Below the pieces are notes generated by a model. It did no database searches. It was not told the DNA's origin and saw nothing but the letters and a program-made list of their open reading frames with translations. Both the position numbers and the translations under genes were made by a program. A stretch of DNA of 59,846 nt, the filler included, from Nemertoderma westbladi (Eukaryota > Animalia > Xenacoelomorpha), in NCBI GenBank assembly GCA_032718475.1. It is 3 parts of 3 records of this genome, joined end to end, with 100 filler letters (N's around TTAATTAATTAA, not from the genome) between each part and the next. Parts side by side here need not be neighbours in the genome. Positions count along the whole stretch, not along the records: positions 40,743 to 59,846 come from JAUCBJ010007884.1; 2 more parts are not named here. One strand, given 5' to 3'. Every line of letters begins with the position of its first letter. Positions within the stretch are counted from its first letter, which is position 1. Positions 58,511 to 59,846 of the stretch are shown one piece after another.

Positions 58511-59757
58511 TGTAAAAGCTTCTGTGGGATATAACTGGCCCCTTTTGCTTCGCAATCCAGTTTCCCCCCAGGCGCTGGAATACTCTAAAAAGGTTCTCTA
58601 ACTGTATATATATTCCCCTCGCCCGCAAGGTACCGTTACAGGTGTTTTAACGGACATAAAAGTCATTCTGCTATATACGTGTTTTAGCGGACATGGTAAG
58701 GCAAAAAACCTGCAATGCACCAAATACCTTTCACAGCTTAGCCGTGATGATTCATATTACGACATCTAACAGCTGGTTGCTGACATGGAAACAGCCATTG
58801 GATGCATGGTTCTTTGTTTGGCTTGAGCCAATCAGAGCGTTTTTTCCTGTCGACGTGTAGCTTTTCGGCCGATCATAAGGAGAGTGTTCAGTCTTACTGT
58901 TCTTACTTGATACTTTGTTGTTATTGCTGTCTAAGCCAGAAACACCGGCTTTTTGGGAAGAACTCTAGTAAAACTGCTTGAATTATCGAAAGTATAAACT
59001 GTTACCTTAACAAATCAATAACTCACTACTTAACATGCTCACTTAATTTAATTGCATTAATCATATTGTTTGTACTGTTATTTTACCGTCAGTTATTAAT
59101 TGTACCTATTTGTTGATGGAAATATTGCTCTTTGGATAATACGGATAAATCACCCAAATTCCCAATTTTCTTGATACACTACAGGTTAGAGAGACCGGCT
59201 ATACATAACAATTGCGATTTATATTAATGTGGTGTGTATTGAATTTAATGTTATTTAGCAGACCCTACGTGAGTCAATTGCTGCTCTCTTTATGTGTGAT
59301 CAAATATACTGACGGTCGGCAGAATAGTGTGTATGATTGTGATTGGTAACAAAGTATTTCCTAAAGAATACGCTTTATACTTCAATCATAAGCAGTATCG
59401 TTGCGTTTTAGTATAAGTCTTAGTTCTGTTTAAATAGATAAAGCGCCACGTCCTAAAGGAACTGTTAATATTTCCCGAAAGCCAATAATATCTGTCAGAG
59501 ATTAATTATTAACGATCTATCGAATAATACAGTAGGTATACACTGCAACCTTACACTGCAATAATACAATTTAAGCATCCGAATTCAGCCTCCCGGGTGT
59601 AGATCCATCGGGTGAATGATCGCGCATGGGCTGCCTTCGGCTAATGTTTTGCGTATTAGCATAAAATATTGTCGTATGCTAAAGTGGTTTTAATTAACTA
59701 AAAGACATATAAATTTTGGCAGGTTAAACTGCTAAAGGTCTTCAAAAGCGCGAACAG
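58511..59757. repeat. Diverged ~1.2-kb interspersed repeat, copy 2
   Basis: Collinear with 46157-47330. Confidence 0.85.
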
Positions 59758-59846
59758 TAACAGTTTATAATCTTATTGCAGTAGGCAATAAGGTTGCAAA
59801 ATACCGTAGTGACTGGTAAAACTGAACCGGTGCTTCTGTAGGTCAG

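Overview
AT-rich eukaryotic (probably invertebrate animal) DNA made almost entirely of nested transposable elements. I found no conventional host gene and no prokaryotic features. Two scaffold gaps carry an artificial TTAATTAATTAA linker. In order: a P/THAP9-like DNA transposon whose intron-split THAP domain hosts an RTE LINE; a very young CsRn1-type Ty3/Gypsy element already carrying a Helitron-like insert and a 5.1-kb CCC-ended CACTA/EnSpm-like element with a spliced BEN-domain gene; LINE, CRE and Gypsy fragments; two copies of an ~0.8-kb repeat, one hit by an RTE and the other by a 67-bp micro-P element and a Transib (perfect CACAGTG ends) that contains an L2-group LINE, which in turn contains a piggyBac derivative; two more L2-group LINEs, MITEs, a tRNA-derived SINE, satellites and an orphan compact ORF cassette. 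Best candidate for new biology: the L2-group LINEs have ORF1 and ORF2 in one frame separated by a single stop. Two diverged members conserve GAT-TGA-CAA-CCA (a CARYYA readthrough context), and their ORF2s carry unrelated in-frame 10-aa tandem arrays. All calls were made by eye from motifs, TSDs and frame reconstruction, without database searches.
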